Virus record (IMG/VR): IMGVR_UViG_3300014205_000174
Source: a virus
Taxonomy: Duplodnaviria > Caudoviricetes
DNA length: 64,000 nucleotides
Direction: 5' to 3' (one strand)
The notes under the pieces are model-generated. The model ran no database searches. It saw only the letters and a list, made by a program, of their open reading frames with translations, and was not told the DNA's origin. The position numbers and the translations under genes were made by a program. The stretch's first letter is position 1, and each line of letters starts with the position of its first letter. Below, piece by piece: positions 19,761-29,654 of this stretch.

Positions 19761-20309
19761 CTAAAACGGCACGTGCACATCATCCTCTGGTGGAGGCGGA
19801 ATATCCAGCCCTTTATTCTTTTCTTCATTTTCCATTTCTTCTATGTACCCAGCCACTCTCATTTCCATCGATATATTACTAAACGATTCCTCCAGCGCAA
19901 TCCAGTACGGGATATATCTTTTTCTAAGGTTGGTGACCTGCTCAAGTATTTGTAAATTTCCTTCCACATACCCCTCTTCCTCCCTCATGCGGTCTATGGT
20001 AATGCTCCCCTTAAAACGTCCGCGCCGTTCCATATAATTATTGTCAATGTAGAACTGCTTAAAGTATTTATACGATATCTTAAACTCTTTTTTTCTCCTT
20101 TTTGCATTTTGTTTTAAAGTATGGTACACATAGTTTATTGGAGATTTTTCTTTACTGTATTCCTTTCTATGCTTGAGGCAATATGGAGATTTTGTGCTTG
20201 ATTTCTCCCCTCTATATATATACGCATTATCATTGCAGCCCCTAACAACGCAAATGCACTTCGCTCTTTTTTCTTCCAACTTTTTACCGGTCTCTAGCTT
20301 TAGCGCCAT
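19761..20309 (-). CDS. HNH-like endonuclease domain protein
   Basis: NAKRRKKEF.I...TIDR....GYVEGNLQIL; N-terminal C/H cluster. Confidence 0.55.
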   Translation of the reverse strand: MALKLETGKKLEEKRAKCICVVRGCNDNAYIYRGEKSSTKSPYCLKHRKEYSKEKSPINYVYHTLKQNAKRRKKEFKISYKYFKQFYIDNNYMERRGRFKGSITIDRMREEEGYVEGNLQILEQVTNLRKRYIPYWIALEESFSNISMEMRVAGYIEEMENEEKNKGLDIPPPPEDDVHVPF

Positions 20310-20993
20310 TTAAAAATTGAATTTATTTTTAGGTTTGTACTGCTCCATCAACAACTCCTGATACCTCGTTGTATTTCCTCGTCCCGTATGCACCTGCCGG
20401 ACGCCGCTCCAAATCATTGCACAAAACTGTCGTGGCTGCAATCCCATGATACGCGCATTCTCCTGAATCCACTTTTCAATGATAGAGTACTGCCGGTCTG
20501 TGGCTCCGCCGCTTAACGGTTTCATGTTGGCGGAGCGTACATATTTCCTATCCTGTCCAAAGGCCCTGAGAATCCAGATATCTACCACTACCGCATCTTT
20601 ATCGCCCGCGATTGCATTAGCGAATTTACGAATTTTTTGACCTGATAAATCTTTGCCCTGCCTTATTAATTCAAGGTTTGCTTTTACATTTGGCAGATAC
20701 CCCTCAATGGCCGCGCCGGTATCTAATTGCACCTTCGCCCGCCTGGCTTGCGACAAATTGCTCTTCAGGGTACTGTGGATGCTGGTGGCAGCCAATATTC
20801 TAGCAAACCTAAGCAGCTCCGCTCTCCCAAATATACTAACAATAACATTTTCCACCTCTTCATACCATGTCATATCCGCACGGCCTATCCACATATACTT
20901 GGCAATATTGCTCAAGTCAAGCTCTATAGCCGCGCCTTTGACGCGTACTGGATTTAATGGTTTTGCTGGCTGGCCGAAGATGTCCACAAACAT
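20310..20993 (-). CDS. Phage protein with possible HhH-GPD/DNA glycosylase-like fold
   Basis: LAATS..., GQKIRKF, AVVVDIWILRAFG, P..FCAMIW. Confidence 0.45.
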   Translation of the reverse strand: MFVDIFGQPAKPLNPVRVKGAAIELDLSNIAKYMWIGRADMTWYEEVENVIVSIFGRAELLRFARILAATSIHSTLKSNLSQARRAKVQLDTGAAIEGYLPNVKANLELIRQGKDLSGQKIRKFANAIAGDKDAVVVDIWILRAFGQDRKYVRSANMKPLSGGATDRQYSIIEKWIQENARIMGLQPRQFCAMIWSGVRQVHTGRGNTTRYQELLMEQYKPKNKFNF

Positions 20994-21222
20994 AAAACTA
21001 ACTTTTATTTCCCTATTTTATTAATTGCTTTTATTTTCTTTTCAAGCACTATGGTTAACTCCGGGTTCATATTTGCGCCTACTAAAATGGCCAGCTTATT
21101 CGCTCTTCCAACAATCTTGTAATCCCGCTTCAGGTGTTCGTATTTAATAGGTAGTGTCTTAAAGGTTTCCGCAAGCACCACGACCTTAAGGTCTTCCTCA
21201 ATAAACAAGTAGTCCCCGAATT

Positions 21223-21705
21223 CTACCATCTGCAATCAATGATTTTTATTTTCTTCATTTCCTCATCTGGCACAAAGCCAATGCCCTGCTTCCCTAACTC
21301 CCAGGGAATCGGGTCTATGCACTGCACGTTCTCAAAATGCAGGCCCCACTGTATTTTTGTTACCGGCACTCCTTTTATTATTTCGGTTTTCCTGCCGACA
21401 AATTTCACAAATGTATTTGGCGTCTCTGCGGTCAGGTGACGAACAGCAACAAGGTCACCTATACCAATAGCATACCTGTTTAACCTGTCGGTTGCGTCAC
21501 TCTTGAGCGTGTCTTTTATATGCTCAGCTATATCCGGGCCGCACCAGTCCAAAAGCATACTGCTATTACATGGAGTCATAGTTGTATAGAAAAGGTACTT
21601 ACCCAATGGGAATGGTGCATTTCTACCCTCACGCACCCAGCGGGTCTCTACTTTGCCGTGCAGCATCAGGGAGCCGAATGGCTGAAAGAATCCAAGTGTG
21701 CGCAT
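21223..21705 (-). CDS. ASCH/PUA-like domain protein
   Basis: QPFGSLMLHGKVETR.W and G.QG motifs. Confidence 0.7.
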   Translation of the reverse strand: MRTLGFFQPFGSLMLHGKVETRWVREGRNAPFPLGKYLFYTTMTPCNSSMLLDWCGPDIAEHIKDTLKSDATDRLNRYAIGIGDLVAVRHLTAETPNTFVKFVGRKTEIIKGVPVTKIQWGLHFENVQCIDPIPWELGKQGIGFVPDEEMKKIKIIDCRW

Positions 21706-21739
21706 TTTTTCACCTTGTAGTAATTCCATAGTTATTTTT

Positions 21740-22219
21740 TTATGCCGCCTTGGCAAATCGCAAATTGCATTCCTCGGCTGTGATAAAATTGTTTTCGATA
21801 AGATAAATAAGCATTATGGCCCTTGACTCCGCTTCGTGCCCGCCAGCCATAATTGGTATAAGTTCCTTATTTAGTTTATGTGCTGGCGTATGCTCATGCT
21901 CTTCGCCCCCATCCATCAGCGGGAACGTATCAACGCGATAATTTTCACAATGAGAAAATCGGTAGTTTTCATGCACAAATGTTGGAAAGAATGGAGGAAG
22001 TAGTATTCCCAATTCAGATGCGGTAAAAGCTGCAAATGTACGACCGTCGCCCGCAGAAAATTGTCCGTGGTCATAAACCCTGTAAACCGAATTACACTCA
22101 TACCCGCCTCTTGGATGTTCATGCTCATTAGTCCATTTAAATAATGATACTTGCGCTATACCCAGCTTCTTTAACCGCCTTGCCGACTTCAGGCTGCAAA
22201 CTTGTAGTTCTATTCTCAT
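21740..22219 (-). CDS. Phage hypothetical protein (paralogue of 23165)
   Basis: QVCSL..A..L.KLGI; AFT..ELG.LLP; EA..R..MLIYL.EN. Confidence 0.65.
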   Translation of the reverse strand: MRIELQVCSLKSARRLKKLGIAQVSLFKWTNEHEHPRGGYECNSVYRVYDHGQFSAGDGRTFAAFTASELGILLPPFFPTFVHENYRFSHCENYRVDTFPLMDGGEEHEHTPAHKLNKELIPIMAGGHEAESRAIMLIYLIENNFITAEECNLRFAKAA

Positions 22220-22228
22220 TGCTTTTGC

Positions 22229-22675
22229 TTATTTTACAGTTGAACTTGTCCGCCAGTTTACCAACTCAGGATTTTCATAAATATTACCGACAACCTCAAA
22301 AGAGCTAATGATATGTTTGTGAAACAATGTTTGGCCCGCTTCGTTTTCCAGACAGTAGGCAGCATACCCATCGCAATACTCAACTACGCCCATGGTTGGT
22401 AATCTCCCTTCTGTATTCGGATAAATAAGGTCACCTTTTACAATATCGCCACGAAATATTTCTTTTCCGTTTTTGTCTGGTAACCCAGTAGACGGCATGA
22501 CAGAAAAATCACACACGCTGCTTGGCTCAAACCCATGTACGCTGAATAAAACGAGTGAGCCGTAAAACAGCACGGCATACTCCTTAGCGCCACTCCCCGC
22601 GCCATCAAACGGAAATTCTGGCGTAATCATCTTGCTTTGGGTTTTATCCCATGCCCTAAACTTAAATGCATTCAT
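22229..22675 (-). CDS. YopX family protein
   Basis: KFRAWD, STGL.DKNGKEIF.GDIV, EVVGNIYENPEL. Confidence 0.88.
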   Translation of the reverse strand: MNAFKFRAWDKTQSKMITPEFPFDGAGSGAKEYAVLFYGSLVLFSVHGFEPSSVCDFSVMPSTGLPDKNGKEIFRGDIVKGDLIYPNTEGRLPTMGVVEYCDGYAAYCLENEAGQTLFHKHIISSFEVVGNIYENPELVNWRTSSTVK

Positions 22676-22703
22676 GTTTTGTCGTTTTTATGGTTTTCAA
22701 TTT

Positions 22704-23162
22704 TTATGCTCTTTTTATCAACTCAGGATTTTCATAAATATTACCGACAACCTCGATATCATTATCCTCACCAAATAACAGCACGTTTTCTTCAATCCTG
22801 GTTATATCTTGGGAAAACTCTTCACCACCACCCTCATTGAAATACATTGAGTTCCCATATCCATTTATTTGAAAGCAGGCCTTTTTATTATTCCATTCGC
22901 AAAGACAGTATTCAAAATCATCTGATGGGCTTTTGATTAAATCGCCATCATAAATATCTTTCCCGTTTTTGTCTGGCAAGCCGACGGATAGCATCATTAT
23001 GGCATCAACCACTACGGGCCAACTCTCATCAACCGGCTGCATTAGCTTAAACTCGGAGCCACTAAAGTCAAAGTAAAATTCAGATAAGCCGCTTCTTTCT
23101 TCGGCGTATATCATTTCTTCGCACTCTTTATTCCAGGCCCTAATTTTTATTATTTTGCTCAT
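22704..23162 (-). CDS. YopX family protein
   Basis: KIRAWN, GLPDKNGKDIYDGD, EVVGNIYENPEL. Confidence 0.88.
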   Translation of the reverse strand: MSKIIKIRAWNKECEEMIYAEERSGLSEFYFDFSGSEFKLMQPVDESWPVVVDAIMMLSVGLPDKNGKDIYDGDLIKSPSDDFEYCLCEWNNKKACFQINGYGNSMYFNEGGGEEFSQDITRIEENVLLFGEDNDIEVVGNIYENPELIKRA

Positions 23163-23164
23163 TG

Positions 23165-23581
23165 TTATTGCATTAACCGTTGATTGCACTCTTCGGCGGT
23201 GACTATATCGTTTTCCAACATGTAAATTAAAATCATAGTCCGGCCAATAGCCTCTGTAGGTACTGCGCCAAACTCCCTCCCCATTATCTGAACACGCCAT
23301 TGCTTGTCTGATTCATGGTAATATGTCTCCCAATTATAGTTAGGGAATGCAGGTAGCATAACGCCCACCTCAGTACCTGAATATGCATTATACCTGCTAT
23401 CGGCCAAGGCATACTTAATATCATCAGGCTGCTCCTGAAATTGCGCCAAGACTTTTGTTTGCCACTGATTAACCGCCTCATCCAGGTACTCAACCCAGAT
23501 AAAAAAAGCAGGTGCGGTTATACCCAACTCTGAAAGTTTTTTCGCCTGCTCTAAAGAGCATATTTGATTTGCAATATCCAT
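23165..23581 (-). CDS. Phage hypothetical protein (paralogue of 21740)
   Basis: QICSLEQAKKLSELG; TAEECN.R. Confidence 0.65.
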   Translation of the reverse strand: MDIANQICSLEQAKKLSELGITAPAFFIWVEYLDEAVNQWQTKVLAQFQEQPDDIKYALADSRYNAYSGTEVGVMLPAFPNYNWETYYHESDKQWRVQIMGREFGAVPTEAIGRTMILIYMLENDIVTAEECNQRLMQ

Positions 23582-23588
23582 GTCTATT

Positions 23589-24299
23589 TTAATTATAATT
23601 TACCAATTGTGTTGTCCCTTTCAAATACAACGGATGCTTTGGGTGTCCCTTCTTCGTCAGGCCAAAGCACATACAGTTCTTATCAAATTTATTTTCTACA
23701 AACTTTTTAGCGGCAATTATTTCCCAGAAGTCATTCGCACCCCAGCAAAACACAAAAAACGATACGCGGCTTCTCATCACTATCAAATAAGCTAAGTTTT
23801 CCTGGAACATAGATGATAGCTCCTGCTGGCTATACTCACTAAGGGCCTGCTTTAATACTTTCGGGCTTTTTGTTCTTATTGGCACCAGGTTACCGACATA
23901 AAACCCTCCATACCCGAAAGACTTAGTAAAAGCAATAAGCCGGTTTATGGTGGCGTCGTTAACATTCTCATCGGCAGTAGACGGATTGAGGCCGATATAC
24001 CCTATAAGAGGTAAACTTCTGTCCCAGACCCGAATAAGCAAATACCGGTACTTCCCGCAGTCGCTTATGATAGCTTCCTTGTTCATTGTTTTAGTCTCTG
24101 ACAAAGTTTTTATTATTTGCTCATCAGACGCTGGCTCGTTTTCAAATTCCGCCATGCGAGCAAATAATTCAGCGGGATTAATCTTTTCCGCTGTAAGCTT
24201 GACGTTTTTTAAGAAGCTATACGCGACTTCATTATTAGCAAGGATATCGCGCCTCACCGCTGCTATAACCCGCTCTATTCTTTTTGCTTCCTCAGACAT
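23589..24299 (-). CDS. DUF1643 domain protein
   Basis: CGKYRY.L.R.W, IGLNPSTAD, CWG, TKKGHPKHPLY. Confidence 0.85.
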   Translation of the reverse strand: MSEEAKRIERVIAAVRRDILANNEVAYSFLKNVKLTAEKINPAELFARMAEFENEPASDEQIIKTLSETKTMNKEAIISDCGKYRYLLIRVWDRSLPLIGYIGLNPSTADENVNDATINRLIAFTKSFGYGGFYVGNLVPIRTKSPKVLKQALSEYSQQELSSMFQENLAYLIVMRSRVSFFVFCWGANDFWEIIAAKKFVENKFDKNCMCFGLTKKGHPKHPLYLKGTTQLVNYN

Positions 24300-24301
24300 G
24301 G

Positions 24302-24559
24302 TTAATTAAGGTTAGATTTTGATTCAATTATCAATTGACCTGTTGCTGGCTTTATTGGTGCCCGCAGCTCTGTGCTGTCTACGCTTAATCGGGGCTCATA
24401 AAACGAAAAACCACCGGGAATGCCAACAAACTCAAACGGCTGACCACATTCGGCACAGTTTATTCTTATATCCGCAAAGAATCCAGTAATAGCCGTACTT
24501 CCCTCGGAGGTCAATCGCGCCACCTTAATATCACCCCTAAAATCTTTATGTTCACACAT
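24302..24559 (-). CDS. Small Zn-binding hypothetical protein
   Basis: C.H...CAECG. Confidence 0.6.
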   Translation of the reverse strand: MCEHKDFRGDIKVARLTSEGSTAITGFFADIRINCAECGQPFEFVGIPGGFSFYEPRLSVDSTELRAPIKPATGQLIIESKSNLN

Positions 24560-24872
24560 GCTACACGTTTATAAACTTTATACATCTGATTTTTTATTCA
24601 TAGAATTCACATGGGTATTTATCTTTTTAAGCAACTTCTTACGCGCACCAGACGCAGACGCAGAAGATATATAGGAGTATATATGGAGATACGATATAGA
24701 ATCGTCTGTGCGCTGAAGGCCAGAAACAGTTTTCTTATCAAAAAGTAATTTTTGTTTCTTTAATTGCTTAGCTATACCCTCAGACATCGCACCTAACCTC
24801 ATTTCGAAATTCATTGCTTGTGTTTTTATGTGAAAAATAAAATCAATATCCAAACTGTGATTTGCTATTTTG

Positions 24873-25217
24873 CTATTGATTATTCCTGCTTTTGCATTTT
24901 ATATCTCCAGATACCGTATTTATGTTTCCGCCAACATCATCGCACATTATATCTCCAGATACCGTATTAATAGCGCCCTGCACATTTCCGCAGGCCACAT
25001 ATCCGGAAGTCGTCTTAACCGTACCGACATTCCCATTAATGTCAATTTTATCGCAGACATCTACATCAAGTTTGTCAAGGTTCCCTTCCACGACAATTGA
25101 TATGTTTCTTTCGTCACCATCCTGCTCCTGAAGTTTACCATCAATGTAAACTTTGTTGTTTGATACAACAATATTGTTTCCCTGGAAGGTTTTGTTGTTT
25201 ATTCTTATTGTACTCAT
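24873..25217 (-). CDS. Beta-strand repeat protein (DUF4097-like)
   Basis: Repeats G.(I/V).T.SG.(I/V).C. Confidence 0.65.
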   Translation of the reverse strand: MSTIRINNKTFQGNNIVVSNNKVYIDGKLQEQDGDERNISIVVEGNLDKLDVDVCDKIDINGNVGTVKTTSGYVACGNVQGAINTVSGDIMCDDVGGNINTVSGDIKCKSRNNQ

Positions 25218-25843
25218 GAAAAATTTAATTAAAAAGTGAACCTTTAACGGAGCCGCAACGATACTAAATAGCAGCATTAGCCTCTACCCCGAAAATTTCT
25301 TTTATTATTATTTCTCCTACCCTGTAATGCAACTTTTCTCCTTTTTCGTTATACACCTGATACCAACCATCATAGCATTCCCTAAACTTACTTCCTGGCT
25401 GCAATGGCCCTATTCTTCCAGGAGGAAACCATACTTCTTTTAGTTCATGTTCAATGCCGCGCTTAATTTCCTGCGCACGTGTGCTGTTAAATATATATTC
25501 TGGTACTTCTTGTTTTATGGCTGGGTTAAAGAAATTTTTTGTTTCAGGATTGTCTGATGTTTGGGTTTTCTTTTTAGATACAGAGGCCATGTTTTCATTT
25601 TTTATTTTCAATAGTCCACTTCAATAGTAACCTCAGTAAACCGCTTCTTCTGCACTATGCTTTTTATACTGGTAAACTGTTTCATTGCCAATCCAAAATG
25701 CACTCTCCAGTCCGTACAGCCTTTTTGGTATTTCTTCCAGCGTACCGGGTCTCTAAAAGACACCACCAGCGTACCATGCAGAACCGACTCGGTAAGTTCT
25801 ATGTCATATGCGCCTTTGCAGAGTCGAAGCACTACCGTTGCTT

Positions 25844-26641
25844 TCACAGAAATGGGTTTTTATCGGTTGGGAATGGTTTAATTTTATGGATTGCGGCCCA
25901 TACCTTTGGCAGCAGTTTTTTTTCTTTTACCTGGGTGAAAAATTCCTTATCAATTAAGAAAAGTGCATTATTTAAGTTACCCACATCGACACCGCTGTCA
26001 CGAATAACAGCCATCTTCTGGTATGAACTAAGCGCTAAAAATGCCGAGATAGTGGATTGAATAGGCGTGTTCACTTCCGCTTTATCCGCACCCTCCTTCA
26101 GGCCCTCTTGCTCCTCCTTCATTCTACGACAAATCTCATCAAAGCCATCGAAAACACACTTCAACCATGTGGTTAGTTCTTTACATAGCGGCACATTTTC
26201 ATGGTCTTGGAATCTGCCTACATTTTGGCGATGAGCTACAATGGTGTAATCAAATTCACCTGCATCTACTGCACTTAAGCAGTCGTTCAAGTATTCAATC
26301 TCCTCTTCAGTTAAATCCTCTTCTTCTGCTAATAGCCTTTTTATTTCTTCTTCGGTTTCTGTTGGCGAGAAATCAGAACAAGTCTGAGTAGATGCGCTCC
26401 TTAGTTTTTCGCACCAATACCCATCACTTACATGCCCTTCCGCAGATGGATGGAATTCACGGCAAAATATCCAGTTTCCAAAATCACCGGTAACAGCCAG
26501 GATACCGTTAGTGTTTATGTATTTAATCGAATTACATATAGTTCCCGGCTTCTTCAGGTAATGGATAAGCAACCCCTCTTGTTCGGTCACCAAGACCTCG
26601 TGCTTACTAAAATCTACATCAGTGCGCTTATCTCCTTGCAT
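25844..26641 (-). CDS. Conserved phage hypothetical protein
   Basis: L.VTGDFG.WIF...Y..EKL motif. Confidence 0.6.
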   Translation of the reverse strand: MQGDKRTDVDFSKHEVLVTEQEGLLIHYLKKPGTICNSIKYINTNGILAVTGDFGNWIFCREFHPSAEGHVSDGYWCEKLRSASTQTCSDFSPTETEEEIKRLLAEEEDLTEEEIEYLNDCLSAVDAGEFDYTIVAHRQNVGRFQDHENVPLCKELTTWLKCVFDGFDEICRRMKEEQEGLKEGADKAEVNTPIQSTISAFLALSSYQKMAVIRDSGVDVGNLNNALFLIDKEFFTQVKEKKLLPKVWAAIHKIKPFPTDKNPFL

Positions 26642-27018
26642 ATTAGTTATTTAAAGTACGATTATTTTTTTACCATGTGTGATAGTGCGCATCATGCCTT
26701 AGTCCCACATTGGCATTAATTTTCTGCTGCAACACCCTTGTCAAAAACTTTTTTTCAACCATAGCATACGTCGCTGGCGATATACAAAAGTGCTCATTCT
26801 CATTCAGGGCTTTTTGCAGCAGCTCGTCATCGGTCAATGGCGTTAACTCCCTTTCCTGCCATTCAGGAACCGCTATAGGCCCTATCGGTGTTTTTGCTGT
26901 CAGCATTGCTTATAGTTGCTACTTCGTTGAAAATAAATAATGTTCTTTAGCTTATACACAATGCACCATCCAGATTCTGCATGTCCACGTGGTAACTCTT
27001 TTTGCTGTCTACATGCTA

Positions 27019-28035
27019 CTACGATGAAAAATACCGGAATCCACCCTCTGCATGCTTATTATCCCGGAACCACTCTTCCACCTGGTCGGTGAGGCCCTGT
27101 AGAGTAGTTGCATCGAGCGTACTGTACTGGCTCCAATCGGTCATGGCCATCATAGCGGACATGATAAGGTTTTTCACCTCTACTTCATGGAACCGCTCTG
27201 ATTTTCCTTTATCCTTGGCAAGTTTTTTGGCTGTAATTCTTATCGCAGGGCCGCTATCCGAAGAAATATCCATACCGGATGGGCCGGACGTCTTTGTGTT
27301 GTCTTTGCGGGTTGGGATATCATCATCGGCACCAAACAACATGAGCGCAGCAGATACGTTACCCGGCTTTCCTGCGGCTATCTTTTCTTTTTCAAAGTCG
27401 ATAGCATCCACTATCATCTTTTCAACCTCCGCAGGGGTATTGTTTTTCAGCATTTTTATTATCTGCGTTTCCGCTACCACATCCTCAATTATAAGGTTGC
27501 GCAATGCAGGCCCGGCAGTAAGCAGGCTAAAGCAATTCCTAACGTGCGTAATTGACTTTTTGCGCTTGTGGGCGATATCTTCCTGGCTATAACCCATTTC
27601 ACTAAGACGCGCATATACAACCGCCTCCTCAAGTATAGTATTAGGGACACCGCCGGTGTTTTCCTCCAACTGGCTAAACAGCCTTTCATCTTCACTCTCG
27701 GGATTATCAACGATTACACGGATGCGAAAGGTATCGGGATTAAGCAGCAGCCTCTCTATACCCAACTTAACGGCCAGGTAGCGCCTGTTCCCCTGCTTTA
27801 CCTTGAAGTTTTCCGAACCTCTTACGCGGTATACAGAAAGTGGCTTTAAAACTTTCCCGGCAGCAACAATGGAATACATCAACTCTTCTATATCCTTATA
27901 CTTTATGCGGATATTGTCTTCAGGGGCAAATATCAATTGCTTAAAAAGCACGTGCCATACATCCGTTCTTGGCGTTTTGGTTATTACGGCGGCAGTAGCC
28001 TGCTCTTCCGGTATCGTAGTTTGCATTTCCGACAT
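27019..28035 (-). CDS. ParB/Srx N-terminal domain protein with HTH
   Basis: NIR...IEELM.SI...G.VLKPL.V, G.RRY.A, EEA..Y.RL...G.SQEDIA. Confidence 0.8.
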   Translation of the reverse strand: MSEMQTTIPEEQATAAVITKTPRTDVWHVLFKQLIFAPEDNIRIKYKDIEELMYSIVAAGKVLKPLSVYRVRGSENFKVKQGNRRYLAVKLGIERLLLNPDTFRIRVIVDNPESEDERLFSQLEENTGGVPNTILEEAVVYARLSEMGYSQEDIAHKRKKSITHVRNCFSLLTAGPALRNLIIEDVVAETQIIKMLKNNTPAEVEKMIVDAIDFEKEKIAAGKPGNVSAALMLFGADDDIPTRKDNTKTSGPSGMDISSDSGPAIRITAKKLAKDKGKSERFHEVEVKNLIMSAMMAMTDWSQYSTLDATTLQGLTDQVEEWFRDNKHAEGGFRYFSS

Positions 28036-28076
28036 AAACTTGGTTTTGAATTTTTCGTTTGATTTTACTTAACATG

Positions 28077-28092
28077 CGCAAATAGCGTGCCA
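28077..28092 (-). promoter_or_regulatory. Sigma-54-type promoter
   Basis: TGGCACG-CTAT-TTGCG upstream of the parB-like gene. Confidence 0.75.
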
Positions 28093-28137
28093 TATTTTAA
28101 AATAACGTAAATAAATATTTATAGCCCTTTTGATGTT

Positions 28138-28153
28138 TGGCATAGAAATTGAC
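28138..28153 (+). promoter_or_regulatory. Sigma-54-type promoter (degenerate), divergent partner
   Basis: TGGCATA-GAAA-TTGAC upstream of ATG 28189. Confidence 0.45.
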
Positions 28154-28188
28154 ATGTTTATGATTATGAATCAATTTTCACAGTTTTT

Positions 28189-28431
28189 ATGGAACAGACA
28201 ATAGTAAATAACAACCAGAGTGCACCCAGCACTGAATTAATGAAAGCAAGGCTGGTTATGATAAATCAACTTAGTGCCGCCCAGGAGTGCACTGAGCGGT
28301 CGATAGCGCTTAATAAAATGGAATTCGTGAAGTACCTGCTTCAGAAGTTCCCGGACACAGGGGCCAGGATAAACGAAAGCGAAGAGTACAGCGAGTTTCT
28401 TACCAAACAACAGACTAACAACGGACAATAA
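28189..28431 (+). CDS. Hypothetical protein
   Basis: First gene of a three-gene + strand operon. Confidence 0.6.
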   Translation: MEQTIVNNNQSAPSTELMKARLVMINQLSAAQECTERSIALNKMEFVKYLLQKFPDTGARINESEEYSEFLTKQQTNNGQ

Positions 28432-28432
28432 T

Positions 28433-28705
28433 ATGGGCTTTATAATTAAATACCTGCCTGGTGGTGAACCGCTCCCGGATAAAGGAAAGGATTTTGTCTT
28501 AATGCAGAAAGCCTCTGGCCGGATTATTAATCCACCCGATGAATTCCAGGAAGGCCTGGTATGTATCCTGCATGACGAAGATACCGATAAAGCGGTATTC
28601 TGCTTCTCGGAAGGAGAGATGGCCTATTACCTTGAATACGTACACAAGCAAAAAACATGGTTAATCGTCCCTGATGCCGCTGAAATAGCCGTGGCTGGGT
28701 CATAA
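28433..28705 (+). CDS. Hypothetical protein
   Basis: Tightly spaced ORF. Confidence 0.6.
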   Translation: MGFIIKYLPGGEPLPDKGKDFVLMQKASGRIINPPDEFQEGLVCILHDEDTDKAVFCFSEGEMAYYLEYVHKQKTWLIVPDAAEIAVAGS

Positions 28706-28714
28706 TATTGCAGC

Positions 28715-29059
28715 ATGGCTACAGAAAGAAACATCATCGGTTATAAGTACAAGGTCATCGGCTCTGATGGACTGATTCCCGTTAACGCGAAGTACCTGCA
28801 TGAAGAGACAACCCGCAGGGATATAGACCTTGTGTCTATTGAATTCCTGGTAGGCCATGCTATTCTCGAGCCTGTATACGATACTTCCAACGAGAAAAAG
28901 GTCGAACCAGACGAAGAGCTTGTCATCCTAAAGGCAAAGCATGATATCTTGTGTGAACTCTGGGTTCCAGAGAGCTCCCATGATACCCATATCAAAATAG
29001 GCGAACTGGTTAGAAAATACGCATCCCAGATACTAGACAGAGGCGGCTCCATTATATAA
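28715..29059 (+). CDS. Hypothetical protein
   Basis: Ends 5 nt from the convergent tRNA-Tyr. Confidence 0.6.
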   Translation: MATERNIIGYKYKVIGSDGLIPVNAKYLHEETTRRDIDLVSIEFLVGHAILEPVYDTSNEKKVEPDEELVILKAKHDILCELWVPESSHDTHIKIGELVRKYASQILDRGGSII

Positions 29060-29063
29060 GTTG

Positions 29064-29149
29064 TGGGTGTGGCGAGATTCGAACTCGCTGTGTTTCTTAT
29101 GTACCGGTGTTACAGACCGGCGCAACTCCCCCGTCGTTGCCGCACACCC
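29064..29149 (-). tRNA. tRNA-Tyr (GUA)
   Basis: GGGTGTG/CACACCC acceptor, CCGGT-CTGTAAC-ACCGG, long variable region, TTCGAAT; CCA not encoded. Confidence 0.9.
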
Positions 29150-29176
29150 ATTTTTTTACATCATTCACTTACTTAC

Positions 29177-29267
29177 TGGCGGAAAGCAGTGCGCACGATG
29201 CACATTGACCAGCGGCCAACCATCAGTTTAGCAAACTGAGCCACCCCCTCCGGGTGATTTACTTTCC
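29177..29267 (-). tRNA. tRNA-Ser (GCU), 8/4-type cloverleaf
   Basis: GGAAAGTA/TGCTTTCC 8-bp acceptor, TCAGT-TTGCTAA-ACTGA, long variable arm, 4-bp T-stem GTGC/GCAC, ends GCCA. Confidence 0.8.
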
Positions 29268-29274
29268 TTACCTG

Positions 29275-29363
29275 CGGAAACGACGAGAATCCAACTCGTA
29301 CATCAACTCATCGCTGACCTCATGGTTTTCAAGACCACGTACCTCAGCCCATTGGGCGTTTCC
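29275..29363 (-). tRNA. tRNA-Ser (UGA), atypical D-arm and T-loop
   Basis: GGAAACG/CGTTTCC, GTGGT-CTTGAAA-ACCAT, ACGAG-TTGGATT-CTCGT, G73; D-stem does not fold canonically. Confidence 0.7.
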
Positions 29364-29373
29364 ATTTTTACTG

Positions 29374-29460
29374 TACCTGGGGCCGGCTTCGAACCGGCAC
29401 GACCATTACTGGTCACTGAGTTTTAAGCCCAGCGCGTGCTGCCAATTTCGCCACCCAGGC
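29374..29460 (-). tRNA. tRNA-Leu (UAA)
   Basis: CTGGG-CTTAAAA-CTCAG, long variable arm, GCCGG-TTCGAAG-CCGGC, A73. Confidence 0.92.
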
Positions 29461-29473
29461 AAATTATTCACTG

Positions 29474-29555
29474 TGGCAATTAAAGGATTCGAACCTCTAC
29501 ACCTCTCGGTACCGCTTTTTGAGTGCGGCGCGTCTACCAATTTCGCCAAACTGCC
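29474..29555 (-). tRNA. tRNA-Leu (CAA)
   Basis: CCGCA-CTCAAAA-AGCGG, TGGCGAAATTGGTAGACGC D-arm, TTCGAAT. Confidence 0.92.
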
Positions 29556-29563
29556 TATTTACG

Positions 29564-29645
29564 TGCCCTCCGAGGGGGTCGAACCCTCATGACCGAAGTC
29601 GCTGGAACCTAAATCCAGTGTGTCTCCCAGTTCCACCAGGAGGGC
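29564..29645 (-). tRNA. tRNA-Leu (UAG)
   Basis: GCCCTCC/GGAGGGC, CTGGA-TTTAGGT-TCCAG, GAGGG-TTCGACC-CCCTC. Confidence 0.93.
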
Positions 29646-29654
29646 ATAACCCAT

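Noticed and set aside
29177-29267. tRNA-Sec
   Set aside because: The anticodon is GCT, not TCA, and the stems fit 8/4, not 8/5.
29275-29645. Suppressor tRNAs or stop-codon recoding (anticodons TGA, TAA, TAG)
   Set aside because: These anticodons read TCA, TTA and CTA; suppressors would need TCA, TTA or CTA anticodons. Conserved genes are intact in the standard code.
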